In this document: piece by piece, positions 33,714 through 46,830 of the stretch | Layout of the letters: every line of letters begins with the position of its first letter | Numbering within the stretch: position 1 is the stretch's first letter | DNA from: Chara braunii | Lineage: Eukaryota > Plantae > Charophyceae | NCBI GenBank assembly: GCA_003427395.1 | Contig: BFEA01000023.1 | Location: 5,269,785 to 5,327,053, forward strand | Length of the DNA stretch: 57,269 bases | Direction of reading: 5' to 3' | The notes under the pieces: generated by a model | Database searches by the model: none | The model's input: only the letters and a program-made list of their open reading frames with translations | What the model was told of the DNA's origin: nothing | Position numbers and translations under genes: made by a program

Positions 33714-36683
33714 GCCCAGTTCCCCGCGTTCGGGGCCGGGGACCCCTCCCCTTACCTCCNNNNNNNNNNNNNNNNNNNNNNNNNNNNNNNNNNNNNNTTT
33801 TTTTTTTTACTCCTGGTGGATCAGAGACCAAGGTCCCTAGCAGCAAATACACCTTGAAGACAGGATTGGGCCCTTTCTAGTCCTGGTGGATCAGAGACCA
33901 AGGTCCCTATCAGCAAATACACCTTGAAGACAGGATACGGCTTCCGTTCAGCAGCCCAATCCCTACAGGCAGGAGTCACCCTCAACTGGCAGCGTGGATC
34001 TGCAGCTTTAAACCACCAGTACTTGGCCCATACATCGGCCGCGAAAAAAATATAGAGTAGAAGTGCTTCTACTCCGACGAACCAACGCGCCAATCTATAT
34101 CGCGGTTCGTTCATCATCGCAGCGGCTTGTTTACGGTCGCAACTTTGGGAAGTCCTGGTGGTGTGACGAACTACTTTCTGTTACCGCGCTATTTTCTGCG
34201 CCAGGCTGCTGGGAAGGGGAAACGACAAGTCGAAGGGGTGAGCTGTGGGAAGCGGGGTTCGGTTGGGCAAGTTGCATGGATACCCTCGCTTCTTTTTCGT
34301 TTTTGTTGGAATTCGTTGGGCCAGCTCCGGGAAAAGCCCCGCGCCGACGACGAGGTGACGGCGACATGACGGGCGCAAGAAATAACTGTACCATAGCTTC
34401 TTTCTTGTTCTGCTGTGAGCATTAGGAATTTTGGCGCGATTAGCGCGTGGGAATTTTTTTCGTTTTTGAATTTTTAACTGATGTCGAGCCCCCGCGGGCT
34501 CTCGGAATTGTTTTTCTTCTCGGAATTTCCCTTTTGCAATTAGGACTTAGACTAGGAATTTAGGTGCTCTGAATTTTGTCACGCAGCGTTCGCACGCATC
34601 TTGTGCCGCGAGGAACTGGGTTCTGACTGAATCGCGCCTTTAATCTTGTGCAACTGTCGTTTTTGGCGGGCGCGATCGTAACTGTAATCCTTCTTCTTTC
34701 TTGATTCTCCTATGTTGCCCGCCTTCTTCCTTTTTCTTTCTTGATTCTCCTATGTTGCCCGCCTTCTTCCTTCTTCTTTCTCGTCTCGCATACTCTGTTT
34801 TAATTGGCCTAGGTGTCTGCATGACCAGATCGATGCGTGGAGAGTGGCTACGAACCCCACGCCGCGGCTTGGCCATGCAGACGTAGGTACTTCCTCTCTT
34901 TTTGTCAATTTGGGCTTAATCCCGCACCTTTCGCGCAGACATGCATGCTATAAATTTCACAAGCACGATTAGATTGCTCTCTAAGAATTTCGAGGTTAGC
35001 GCGATCAGTGAGGGTCGGCTAACGAACACGTTGGAAGGTGAGTGAGTGTGAGAGTTGGGCGATCCGACGAGCTGGTGCCAAGTATGCGGGGTTGACGTGT
35101 AGGCAACGACGACTATGGCGCACGGGCGAACCTGACGGGCGTATGCGGGCCAAGCGGGGTGACAACTCTGTATGGATATGCCGCGATGGACTGCCGGTAT
35201 CGTGGGTATTGATGCGTGGCGACGGACTGCCCGCAGCAGAAGAGAGAGAAGGAGAGAGAGCAGTGGTGTGGGTGTGGGATATGACTTCCTTTTGTTGTTC
35301 CTTTCATTCCCTTTTCTGTCCATCTGTATAATTTTGAGTTCTGATATGGCCGATCTCTTTATCGCGGCCCTTCTCTTTCGAACTTCTTTTGTATATTGTC
35401 TCGGATTTTCCCTGTTATTTTGCTCGGTATGTATGCATGAAATGAATGTAGGACCTCTTTTTTTTTTTTGCGATCTTTTCGATCTGTTGTCACAATGCGT
35501 GTTGTCTCTGACCATTGTTCGCCTGCATGAGTTATGCAATCAGGCCTGATGAGGAATGCTCACTTTGGATGTCTGAAGTCTAACTGTCAATCCGTGCATC
35601 ACCTATATGGCATGTAATGATTGGAAGGATAACTGCATTCACAGTTGAACGCGACCGGCATGCGGAACCAATCGGTTGTTCCTTACGTACACGCATGCAT
35701 ACGATCGCGATCTTTACGTTGCCATGTACGCACTCGTCTGTGTTAAGTCAGCCTTAACCTCGTGTAAGGATGTGGGAAATGCGGCTTGCTAAACAGACAT
35801 GGCTGCAAGATCTCCTTCCTGGATATCTAACTACGAGAATTTGAGGGACTCGGAATACCGAGAATACTGGGAAGACGAACAACTCAGACGGCGAGGAAAT
35901 TTAAGAAATCCGGAATTCCCCTGCCTAACGGAAAATGGTCGATTATGCCTAAGGGATTTTCATTGTGCCATAACTAGCGACCCCAGGTGGCCCCGACTAC
36001 CCGGACACTTATAACACGCAATACTTCATATCCCCCTGTTTCGTCGTCATTACCACCAATTTCCCCCCCTTTCATCTCCTCCTCCCATATTACCAACTCA
36101 CAGTGGTACCGTGGAATTCCATAGCTCGCTATTGGCCTAGCCAACGGTGCGAGGGTTGTTGGTATCACCGGGGGCCCCGAGCCTTGGGGACGTCCCGGCA
36201 GGCTCGAACTGAAGCTGAGCAGCGACCCGCCTTGCCTGAATCAGAGGCCTGTTACGAGTGGTGTCGGCAACAGGCCGAACCATGCGACCAACCCCGAAGA
36301 TGGAATCAGCGGCGATGGTGATTTCTTTGCCTATTCGACCATAAAAGTTAAAACCCGTTGGCAAGGGCGATTTTGTCGGAATGATATCCGGGAATGCAAG
36401 AGTGTTTACGATCTGTCGGTACGATGATAACAGCAAGTGCCCCGGACTTTACCCTGGGACACACTGCGCATGCCATCTGCCTTATGCTGCACGACATCAG
36501 CTATCTCCCTTCTGAGTATATCCCTTTTCGCACCTGTACCCCTGGAACTTGGCACCGGAGATCTTAGTTCCGACCTGGGACTCCACCCACCCTCCCACTT
36601 TCCTAAAATCCTTGGCACACCCCTTTTTTGCACATTCGGGCCCCCATCGCACTCCGATCAGGAAGTCGCGCTGGGCGTAAGGT

Positions 36684-36696
36684 TGGTATCGGAGCC
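36684..36696 (+). promoter_or_regulatory. Primer binding site (initiator tRNA-Met type)
   Basis: TGGTATCGGAGCC, one mismatch from the usual TGGTATCAGAGC(C), about 150 bp upstream of the gag ATG. Confidence 0.75.
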
Positions 36697-36840
36697 GACA
36701 CGTGGCGGGCTCTAGGCTGGACAGGTGGGTAATTAGTGTAGAGCGACCTGGATAACAGAGGACACCCCCGAGCACGGAACGCGCCGCGACGCGATCCTAT
36801 AGTCACAAGAAATAGGTCGGGTGCTCAGCAGACGACCAAC

Positions 36841-38080
36841 ATGAACGCCAATCAACAAACCCCCAATCAAGCTCGACCGCCGCCTGCGCCACAAGCACGG
36901 GCACCCGTGGCCCCACCCGATCTCTACCTTTTTGACCCGGCACATTATCTCGCCGGAGCATGGTTGGCCACGCTCCAAGCACAGCAGTATTACAATGATG
37001 AAGCACAAATTAACATCCCCGCCCAATTGGGAGGGGATGCACATCACTGGTTTAGTACCTATGTCTGGACTGATCTCCCGACATTTGAGTGAGACTTTTT
37101 GAATTGATTTGATTATATCCATCCCGAACAGGCTCTCTTCATGATTAAAGATCGGGTTCAAAAGCCCCTCGAATCCGTTACGAAATACCGCAACAGATCC
37201 TATCGAATGTTCGTTAAAACTGAGCGAGGAGAGCACGTAGGAAGGGATTTATTTATCGATGGACTCCTCAGCAGAACGATGAGGGCAAAACTGCGAAAAC
37301 AGTTATCCCCCATCACTCATACGCTGCAACAGATTATGGCCGCCGCGGAAGAAATGAAACGAAAGTTCGCCGCGAGTTTCCTAGAAGGGGAAGATTACCC
37401 CAGAGAGGGGGATTCGTCAGAGTTGGCTCGGGCCAAGGCCGAGCTGGCCACGCTGCAAAACCAGTTTGAAAGTATGGGATTTGTGTCCGGACCAGTCACC
37501 TATTTGGAGCAGATCGCGCCTAAACGAACGGCTCTTAGTGTGATCGCAGGAATGCCCATCCCCGTGATGACTCCGCCCCCACCACCAGTGGAAAATCCCA
37601 CACGATCGAACGAATCAACCGCTTTACTGGAGCTAACCAAAACACTGGTCAACCTGATTCAAGAAAGCAAAAAGGAGCAGCGCGAACACAATGCTCGAAT
37701 AGAATCGATGATGAGATCGATGCGTTCCATAACTGTTCGAGCTGCCCCAATACAATAGGGATTGTCCCCTGCCCCTGCAGCCGGAGGTGTTGCAAGCAAT
37801 CTGAGCATCTGCTACCTGTGTCAGCAACCGGGACACATAGCCCGGGATTGCCCCCACCGACCCGCGCAACCGCGAGTTGGGGCTACCCCAGTAGCTGCGG
37901 CACAAATCGCCAATGGGTCGGGAAGGGTAGGAGCGATGCTGGAAGAAATTGGAGGAGGAGGAAGTATGTTAGCCACTACGGAAGAAGCTGCGGAGCCTGT
38001 TCCGCTAGATCAGTACATGACATTAGGATATCCGGGGTTGGGAATGATCGGGACTATTAAACCCGCCCACGAACCGTGAG
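36841..38080 (+). pseudogene. gag: gag with CCHC knuckle (in-frame stops)
   Basis: LGGDAHHWF; Q...ESVTKY; CYLCQQPGHIARDC. Confidence 0.8.
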
Positions 38081-41036
38081 AAGTGGCGGAATGGAGACCC
38101 TCTCCAGGAGAAATGGAATCCGGAGGACCCACCTTCGTTACGGGGGAAATAGATGTTCTAAACATCGTCCGCACTCTGGATCACCGCATTCCCCTCCGAT
38201 CGGATATTTGTTGTCCATTTCGGAACAGGCTAACGAGCGCATGTTGCAACATTGTAAGGCAAATCGAAAACGATTCACTCTCGCAAGAACGGCGAACACG
38301 AAAGGAAAAACCCCTGCCCAAGAAGACAATCTGAACCCTGCCAGTACGTCGGAACCTATCCAATTGGGACTAATACGGAAGGACGATCACTTTCTGCGGA
38401 TCAAAGTGATTCCGTGGAAATCTGTCGAATGCGACATTGAAGTCTGGGGAATTTCTTACAATGCCATCATCGACTCATGAGCCGTCGTTTTGGCTATCTC
38501 GCTAAGAGTAGTAGAAAGAGCGAGAAGAAGAAAGGACCTGATCATGCTTGCGGAGAAAGATCATCTCGTCTCTGCAGACGAAGAAAAGATCAAAACAGTA
38601 GGGCGAATGACGAACGTTGCTTTTCGATTAGGAAAGGTACATGCCCTGGGAGATGCCATAGTATTAGACATAAGTACCTACAACATTCTTTGAGGATTAT
38701 TAGGTCTCACATCGTTGAGGGCCAATCTAGACTTTGAAAGACGACCAATTATCCTTCGAAACACGGAAAGAAAACCGTACGCCATACCCATGAGACTGAC
38801 TCTTCGAACCATGACGGACGCAGCCCCACGGTCTCCTTTAATAGGAGCCCTACGAGTGATTACCTGGGAGGACCTCGCGGAATCCCAGGCAGAAAAATTG
38901 GTACCCTCAAGCGATACTGATGACAGTGAAGGGGAAGATTTAGTGGTCCAAGAGCTGGCCCAACAACGTATTTATTACCTAGCTCGACGAATGATTACAA
39001 AACCATTCAACATAACGGAGCGAAACCTACAAAGGACATGTGTCATGATCTTGGGTGAGCCCCTCGTACAGATTTCCAGGATGGTAGATTCTTTGGAACC
39101 CCCTCGAACCTTGTACGAAGGCGTTTCCCCTCTTCTTGCAAGATACAACGACAAGAGGCATTTTTTTGACATCACGGACTTACCCCGTTCCCTGCTACCC
39201 CCAGGGAAAGAGGTAAGATTGCTTCGCTTAGGGGCTGAGGCCAACTCTTTGAAACCCCCTGAGCGGCCCGAAGTTGAAACCAACGATCTCGGAATCAAGA
39301 TCGCGGAGAAACCCGTACCGTGGCAGGATATCCACGACGGCGTCACTCCGGAAGGACATGTGGCAATCCGCGAAGAAGATGCCCAAATGATGGCCACGAT
39401 GTTCTCTTGGCAGTCAGATTACTCGTTCATCTCTGCACCCCCTTCTGGAAGCACTGCACGAACCAATACCAAATCAATCACTGTCTAACTATTGGGACAG
39501 CTGTATGAACTACACGTACCACAGTACGTACCCGATGAAACCCATCACCTGATCGCGGACATCCTAAAGGAATATCAGAGAGCGATTAGCGTAACCGACA
39601 CCGATATCGGACTGTCATTAGTAATTCAGCACAAGATCCAGACCGGAAGCCACCCCCCGATCCACTGCAAACCATATCGATACTCCCTTGCGGAACGAAA
39701 GACAACTCTACAGAGGATTAGGGAATTCGAAGCTAATGGATGGATTGAACCAGCTACTGGGCCATGGTCGTTCCGGATAGTATTAGTACCTAAGAAGAAT
39801 GGGTCAGTCCGCATCTGCATCGATTATCGAAAGTTGAATGATATCAACGATCAAAGATGTATATCCTCTCCCCCGGATTGACGATTGGTTGGATGCGATT
39901 GGATGTGCTAATTACTTTAGTAAGTTCGATATTCATCATGGATTTCACCATATCCTGGTAAAGGAGGAAGACCGGCCAAAGACCGCTTTCGTTTTGTTCG
40001 AAGGCACGTGGCAGTGGGTTCGATGTCCGATGGGAATCTGCAATACGCTAGCTACCTTTCAAAGAGCGATGAACGTGATGTTCCAGAACTTTGTCAACAA
40101 GACTCGGTTAACGCAGGGGATGATTAGTTTCTGCGTAATCGTGTATATGGACGACATCCTGGTATACTCGGAATCATACCACGGACATGCACAACACATC
40201 GAATGGACGCTGGGAGCGCTAAGAGACGTCGGATTCAAGATTGCACTGGAGAAAAGTGAGTTATTCCTTTCGAAAATCTCCTTATTAGGCTACGTGGTGA
40301 CACGGGGAGGCTTGAGGCCCGATTCGAGAAAAGTCGCGGAGGTCAGAGACGCTCTAATTCCCACGTCGCTGACGCGGGTTTGAGCCTTCCTGGGACTGGC
40401 GTTGTATTACCATCGATTATCAAGGGATTCGCCGCTATCGCACGAGATGCGGAGTGCGAACAGGCCTTTACCACTCTCCAGGAAGCCCTGGCCACGACAC
40501 CTATTTTGATCCGACCGGATCCAGTGAAGCAATTCATTCTTATCACGGATTGGCAGCCCGAGACCATCTCCGCCATTCTAGCGCAGAAGGGGAACGAAGG
40601 TCGCGAACACGTTATCGAGTACACATCCCGGACCGTGTCGGACGAGCGAAGGAATGATTCGGCTCCCCAGGGAGAATGCTACGCGGTGGTTTGGGGGGTC
40701 CAACATTTCCACCCATATCTTTACAGGCAGAAGTTCCTTCTTGTCACCGACCACGAGCCGCTGTTGGCCCTCAAAAGGCTTACTAATTATACGGGTATGA
40801 TTGGACGGTGGGCGGTGCGGCTACAAGAATACGATTTCGATATCATCCATCGAAAGACGGAGAGGCACGGGAACGCGAACGGGTTGACACGACTGCATCG
40901 ACCAGCGAAGGTCGCCAAAGGCGAAGAGATCATCCCGTGGAAAGAACTAGAACCGACAAGCGGGCCCCAGTACGGACAAGTGGCAGTTCTTCCACGAAAC
41001 CAAGAGCAGGTACGTGGCAATGGATGGCGGAGGTAA
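38081..41036 (+). pseudogene. pol: pol: protease, RT, RNase H (stops and frameshifts)
   Basis: AIIDS*A; VLVPKKNGSVRICIDYRKLN; YPLPRID; PMGICN; VYMDDIL; FILITDW; ECYAVVWGVQHF; VTDHEPL; RWAVRLQEYDF. Confidence 0.92.
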
Positions 41037-42170
41037 CTCTGGAGCCTCTCCCTCTCCTTTTTCTTCCTCCTCTCTTCTCTCCTTACCTGACAAATTCTGT
41101 TATTTTTGCGAAGCCATTTCGCGAGTCTACTCGATCCCTATGCATCCCAGTGGGGAAGGGTATGTCGAATGTGTAGATTGTCGGCAGTGCGTGTCAAGAG
41201 CCCATGGCTCTTGCATCCTGTATCGAAGCGGCAATAAGCCTTGGCTATGCCCTCTGTGTCGAACCGATAAAATCCCGACCGAGGCTCGGTTCCTTGATGC
41301 CACGTCAGAAGGTCTGGAAACCAAAGATTTAGAAGGGTTAAAGTATGGACCGATGTCGTTTTGATAGCTACTGTAGTAGGGAACCCCCTCTGAGACTTCA
41401 CTACGGAGGACCAGAGAAGAGCTAACGAGAGGGCTCGGGACTATCGGTGGAACGAGGGATGGTTGGAGAAACGGAAGACGGACGGTAGTGGGATATGGAT
41501 GACTATACCGCACTCGTTCATGAGGTATGACTGGGTTAAGTCGGCGCATGAGGAAACTGCGGCCCATTTCGCCGTCCGAATCATCGAGACGACGATCGAT
41601 AAAAATGAATGGTATTGGTCCAATATTCGCGACGATGTTAAGTTCATCGTCCGAAATTGTCAGATTTGCGCCGCTGACAAGACGCCGATTCATCCACCAA
41701 GATCGATAGTCCCAACTGTAGTCGAACGACCATTTCAAAGGGTTAGCATGAATACTACCGATATAGTAGTGCCTCCTGGACCGAATAACTGCGAATATTT
41801 AATTTTATTGGTATTCGTGGATCACTTTTCGAAATGGATCGAGGCGTACCCATGCAGAACACGACAGGCGCCAGAAATTGCGCGGTACGTCAACCGTTTT
41901 CTCGGGACGCACCAGGACACAGAAGAGATCTTAACCGACAACGGGGCAGAATTTAGAAGGGAAGTTTTAAGGAATCTGGTCATACACGTTGTTGCCATTC
42001 GTAATACTGCACCCCACATGTCACAGTCCAATGGGCTGGTATAAAACGCGAATTGGGTGATTAAGACAGCTATGCGACGAAATATCGCGGCTTGGGACAG
42101 GAGGCCATGGCCTGATATCATAGATCACATCTTGGCGGTTCATCGAGGAACGCCCCACGAGTCCACGGCC
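41020..42170 (+). pseudogene. PHD finger followed by integrase (HHCC + DDE)
   Basis: CYFC-x20-CVDCRQCVSRAHGSC-x9-WLCPLC; then AHEETAAH...CQIC, VFVDHFSKW, LTDNGAEF, SNGLV. Confidence 0.85.
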
Positions 42171-42482
42171 CCAGTACAAATTAGGGGACATACTGCAGGT
42201 GAGGAAATGTGCTCGCCAAGGAAAGTTAGCGCCACGATTCTTCGAGTGATTTTGCGTGGTCGAGCGCGACCCGAACGGGGTGAACACAGTGCGGCTAGCG
42301 CCCGAGGTCTCAGGCAGCCAATCGGCTCGATCGATCGTTCGCCACATGTCCTATCTGCGTCCCCTCCCTATCTCCCCATCTTCCCCTTCGTCTGCTTCCT
42401 CCTTCGACACTGAAAAGGACGACGGCTGTCTAGCATCCCCCTCTCCTTCTTTGTCAGCAACTTCGTCCCCGCCTCCATCGCC

Positions 42483-44814
42483 ATGAGCTTTTCGGTGGAG
42501 CAGCCAATTAGTGCGCAGTTGACGACCCCAAGGGGGTGAGTTATGATAATCCGGCAAGTACAGAGGCCCCGACTTAGCCCCGACCTTCTTCGTTTTGCGG
42601 CCTTCTTCAGCATGACAACGATCCATGCAGCAGCCGAGTTCCAATTTGCGCAGGCGGGAGCGACACGGGTACTGGCCGAGATGTCGGCCTTTCAACGCCT
42701 GTCTCTGGCCGGGGTCAGCCACGTCTCCATCATCATTGTCTTCACCGGGGACGTCACCACGATACCTTCGGTGATCCACGCGGACATCTTCCGGACCTTG
42801 AGGGCTTGGGGAGAGGAAATTGCGGTCGCGTGGACGACGCTCCTGGCCCGTCGGGGAGACACGATCGTGACGTTTCACGACATCGATCTCCAGCTCCGCT
42901 CTTCCAGCAGCTCGTCGGCGATCCTGCTTCCGGAGCTTCGTCCTTTTGCACCGCCCCAATGAGTCATCGTCGTTTTTCTCTCTTCGGTCTTCCTTCCGAT
43001 CTACCCATCTTCTGGCAGTCCGCCCACGCCCCCACCCTCTCTTTCTGCATGAAGCTGCTCACCGTGCCGATCCTGAACGAAGATAAGTGGAGTGATTGGT
43101 GGGACGCTTACCTGGAGCTTCGCTTCTGCCTCGTGGAGGCGATCTTTCATTGGTACGACCCAGCGTCCGGAGGAGAAGGGACTGAGGTCCCAAACGATGA
43201 GGTGGAGCTCCTGATCGTACACGCGTGGCGCACGAGAATGGAGGGAGAACTATTGGGCATAATATTCGGCAAGGTGGAGGAGGGAAATCTCGCCCTCATC
43301 ACGAGCGAGTTACTGGTGTTCCTGGCGCAGCTAGTGGACGATCTGCCCCTTGACATCCTATCAAGATGCGACAGCAAGCCCGACCCTGACGTACTTCCTC
43401 TCACGCTCGCGCCTCATCTGCTGTGGTCCACGTGCACGGAGTTGGACGCGGACAACTGTCTTTACCCGTCCCAGGATCTCTACCTGGAAATCAACGTCAC
43501 TGATCTTGTGTTGTGGGACCTTGTCATCCGCCGCCCACGAAGACGACGACGACGACGACGATGACGACGAAGAAGAAGAAGAAGAAGAAGAAGAAGAAAA
43601 AGAAGAAGAAGAAGAAGAAGAAGAATCACGCACGGATCCGGATGATTCTGACTAACTCGGAGAAGAAGAGACCGAGGAAGAGTTAGAGGAAGAGGAAGCG
43701 GAGGAACAAGGGAGCGAGCCAGGGGAACCGGGCGATCGTCCCAGGCGAAGTGAAGAAGAAGAAGAGGCCGAAGTGCAGAGGCAACGAGAAAAGGTGGAAG
43801 GCAAGCGGCCGATCGAGGAAGGGCCCCTGCCGGAGCTGTTGTTGGGAGACCCATCGCTCAATCCGGAGCCGCCGCGCGAGGAGCCCGAAGATGATGGAGC
43901 TGCGGCCGAGGGATCAGGAAGCCGCCGCCGCAGGAGGAGTGAATCGCCGACTCCATCCCTTTTCCCACCCCGCCCTACCCTTCGCTTTAGTAGAAATCCG
44001 GGCGATCGGGCTTCGTCCCCGATCATTATCTCGCCGTCCCCATGATTTCATGATGGTCCACCAACTCCCAGGACGACCCCCTTTCCCCGATGGATGGTGT
44101 CCTTTCCCCCCCACCCTCTTCCATCAACTTTACGCCACCCGTCTCCTGATCACCATCGTCCCGCACTCCACCACTCGCTCCCTCGTCGATTCCTTCCTAC
44201 TCCGCGTCCTTTTCTTCAGTGCAAACTGGCGGGAATACAATAACATAGAAGTTTATTGTATTATCTCGGGTACGATCCCCTCCTGGGAAAACTACGAGAA
44301 TTTTCACGCTGCCCTCCGTCGCACCATCTCCACCTTTTATCCCGACTACCTCGCCTCGCTTCCCCATCAACATGAGTACCCTCGTTTCCCTCGCATTCAC
44401 CGTTCCATCCACTACACTCCCCTCCCCACCCTCGGAACCCAGGATATCCATCGCTTTATGCCCCCTCTTCCCCAAGATCCCCCCCCACCTCCTTCGTCCG
44501 TGATTAGATTGCCCTTCCCCGAGAATCTGTAGGATAGAGCCCATGATGCCACGTTGGATGACTTCCACACTCTTATCTTACGGTAAGTGGCACGTAGAGA
44601 GCTCCGCGTCGTCGATCGATTAAGAGAAGTCGACACGTGTCGAAGAATCGAGCAAGCAGGAGCTTGCTCAAGATTGGAACCCCCTAGGCGTCACATATGT
44701 GACGAACTACTTCTGTTACCGCGCGATATTCTGCGCCAGGCTGTTGGGAAGGGGAAACGACAAGTCGAAGGGGTGAGTTGTGAGAAGCAGGGTTCGGTTG
44801 GGCAAGTTGCATGA
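42483..44814 (+). pseudogene. Three sense-strand accessory ORFs downstream of integrase, unknown function
   Basis: 42483-42962, 42959-44045 (acidic D/E tract, one frameshift) and 44050-44814; globular-looking sequence with a few in-frame stops; ATGA overlaps at the junctions. Confidence 0.65.
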
Positions 44815-45849
44815 ATACCCTCACTTCTTTTTCGTTTTTGTTGGAATTCGTTGGTCCAGCGCCGGGAAAAGCCCCGCGCCGACGACGGGATGATGACGAC
44901 ATGAGGGGTGCAAGAAATAACTGTACCATAGCTTTTTTCTTGTTCTGCTATGAGCATTGGGAATTTTGGCGCGATTAGGGCGCGGAAATTTTTTTCGTTT
45001 TTGAATTTTTAACTGATGTCGAACCCCCGCGGACTCTCGGAATTGTTTTTCTTCTCAGAATTTCCCTTTTGCAATTAGGACTTAGACTAGGAATTTAGGT
45101 GCTCTGAATTTTGTCACGCAGCGTTCGCACGCATCTTGTGGCATGATATGATCTGCTAAACATAGAGGGACCTCTTCTATATATGTTGATATCACCTTGG
45201 TGTAAAGATATGTATGTGGGGTCAACATCGAGGTCTCTGGAAGTCCGATGGCTTGAGCATGTCATGAGTGAGCGTGAAAGAAACATGTCGAGGGAAATAA
45301 AGAATCATAAATTATATCAATGGATCAGACGTGTTGGAGTGGAATGATACGCACCTTTGCCCTTATGTCGATGTGTATTAGGTGATTTGTTGGAAGTAGA
45401 GAAGTCATTAATCAAATTCAATGGTGTCTCTTTCAATATCAGAAGTAGGAAGGGAAGAGTGTGAAGGAATAAACCGGGGAAGGAAAAAAAATGATCGAGA
45501 AGGAGGAAGAAACAATCAGCAAAAAGGGATGGTCGAAGGATGGGAAAAACACATATGAGTTTTATGAGTGACAAAGGGATGCTTCTGCAAGGCTTAAGTA
45601 TTCTAGACAATTGTAAGAATTTGTGTGTTAAAACGTTACCGGTCCAGTGTACGGGACTGACAAAGGGGATGCTTCTGCAAGGCTTAGGTATTCTAGAAGA
45701 TTGTAAGAATGTGCGTGTCAAAACGTTAACGGTCCGGTATACGGGAGACTGTATATGGATTATCGGTTGGAAGTTAATAAAGAGATGCTATGGTGGGTGG
45801 GTAGTCTCGTCAGTCTTTGAAAAGTGCTTAATTATTTATGGGGTAGTGC

Positions 45850-46830
45850 GTCAGTTCTATGGGCTTAATTTGAGACAAAGACTGGTTGTGGTTGTTAAGT
45901 TCCATTATTCGATACAAAAGGCTGGCATTCGACAGGTGTGTGCGATGCTCTTGGGACGCACAGATATCTCTTTGGCATGGAAAGACGTGTTGGTGAGACG
46001 TATGAAGGTTGTATGGACACGCAATAAGACTGTAGGGGATGTCCTTCGTAATTTTAGAGACGAAGCTAGGAAGGCGGTGTTGAAATGCTGCTGTGATGGG
46101 GCAAATGTTGCATTAAAGAGAGTGAATGGACATGTGCGTGTAAGATTGGCTGCAATGGATGATGGCTTCGAGATTCTAAAAATATCTCATCTCCAGACCG
46201 AGGTAGAACCTTGAAAGACCTACGTAGACTGATCGAGGTGACATTCATGATGAGGCCGCTTCCGGTGGTCAATTGGGATCAAGATACCTGTGAGAAGTTA
46301 TGTGAATGCATGTTGAAAAATGATGAAAGTGTGGGCGGGGTTGAAGAGCATAAGGCTCGAGAATGGAAGGAGAAACCAGGTGTGCTGCCCGATCGTCTAT
46401 GCTTGCTGGTTGATGAGATGGCCACAAAATACAGAGAAGAGGGCTTCCAAACGCTGGGAAGATGGAATGATAAAGGGGTGATTGGAAAGGGATATGCTAT
46501 CTCAAAGCATAAGGGCATTGATAGATGGCGCTCAATCTACCCTTCGTTTTCGGAACATGCAGCGACTGCAAACTCATGGGTATCTGGTATGGTTAACCAT
46601 ATGGTGTTAAGTCTGCCACGAAGGACAAACTAAAATATGAAGAGTATCATTGGCCTGTCTGAGGAGATTCGAAATCTGAATTTGAAGATAAGTAAGCATG
46701 AAGGGATTATGGGTGCACTATGACGTTAAAGAAATGTTATGCAACCTGCCCCATAGTTCGGTATTGGAGGCGGTGCAATGGATCTGTGATTTTTGGATGT
46801 GGGAAGGGGTGGTTGGTATGTTGGTTTGCT
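45850..46830 (+). pseudogene. Second, more decayed PLE RT fragment
   Basis: KVVWTRNKTVGDVLRN..KCCC..RVNGHV, GRWN..GKGYAISKHKGIDRWRSI and YDVKEMLCNLPH align with the RT at 23161-25030. Confidence 0.8.

Larger units (their letters stand above)
34162..45140 (+). mobile_element. Decayed Ty3/gypsy LTR retrotransposon (3' LTR truncated)
   Basis: A direct repeat starting TGTGACGAACTAC at 34162 and 44698 (about 440 bp shared); PBS; gag, PR, RT, RNase H, IN order. Confidence 0.92.

Noticed and set aside
35546-35580. CTGATGAG hammerhead-like core in the LTR
   Set aside because: No GAAA or compatible stems follow.
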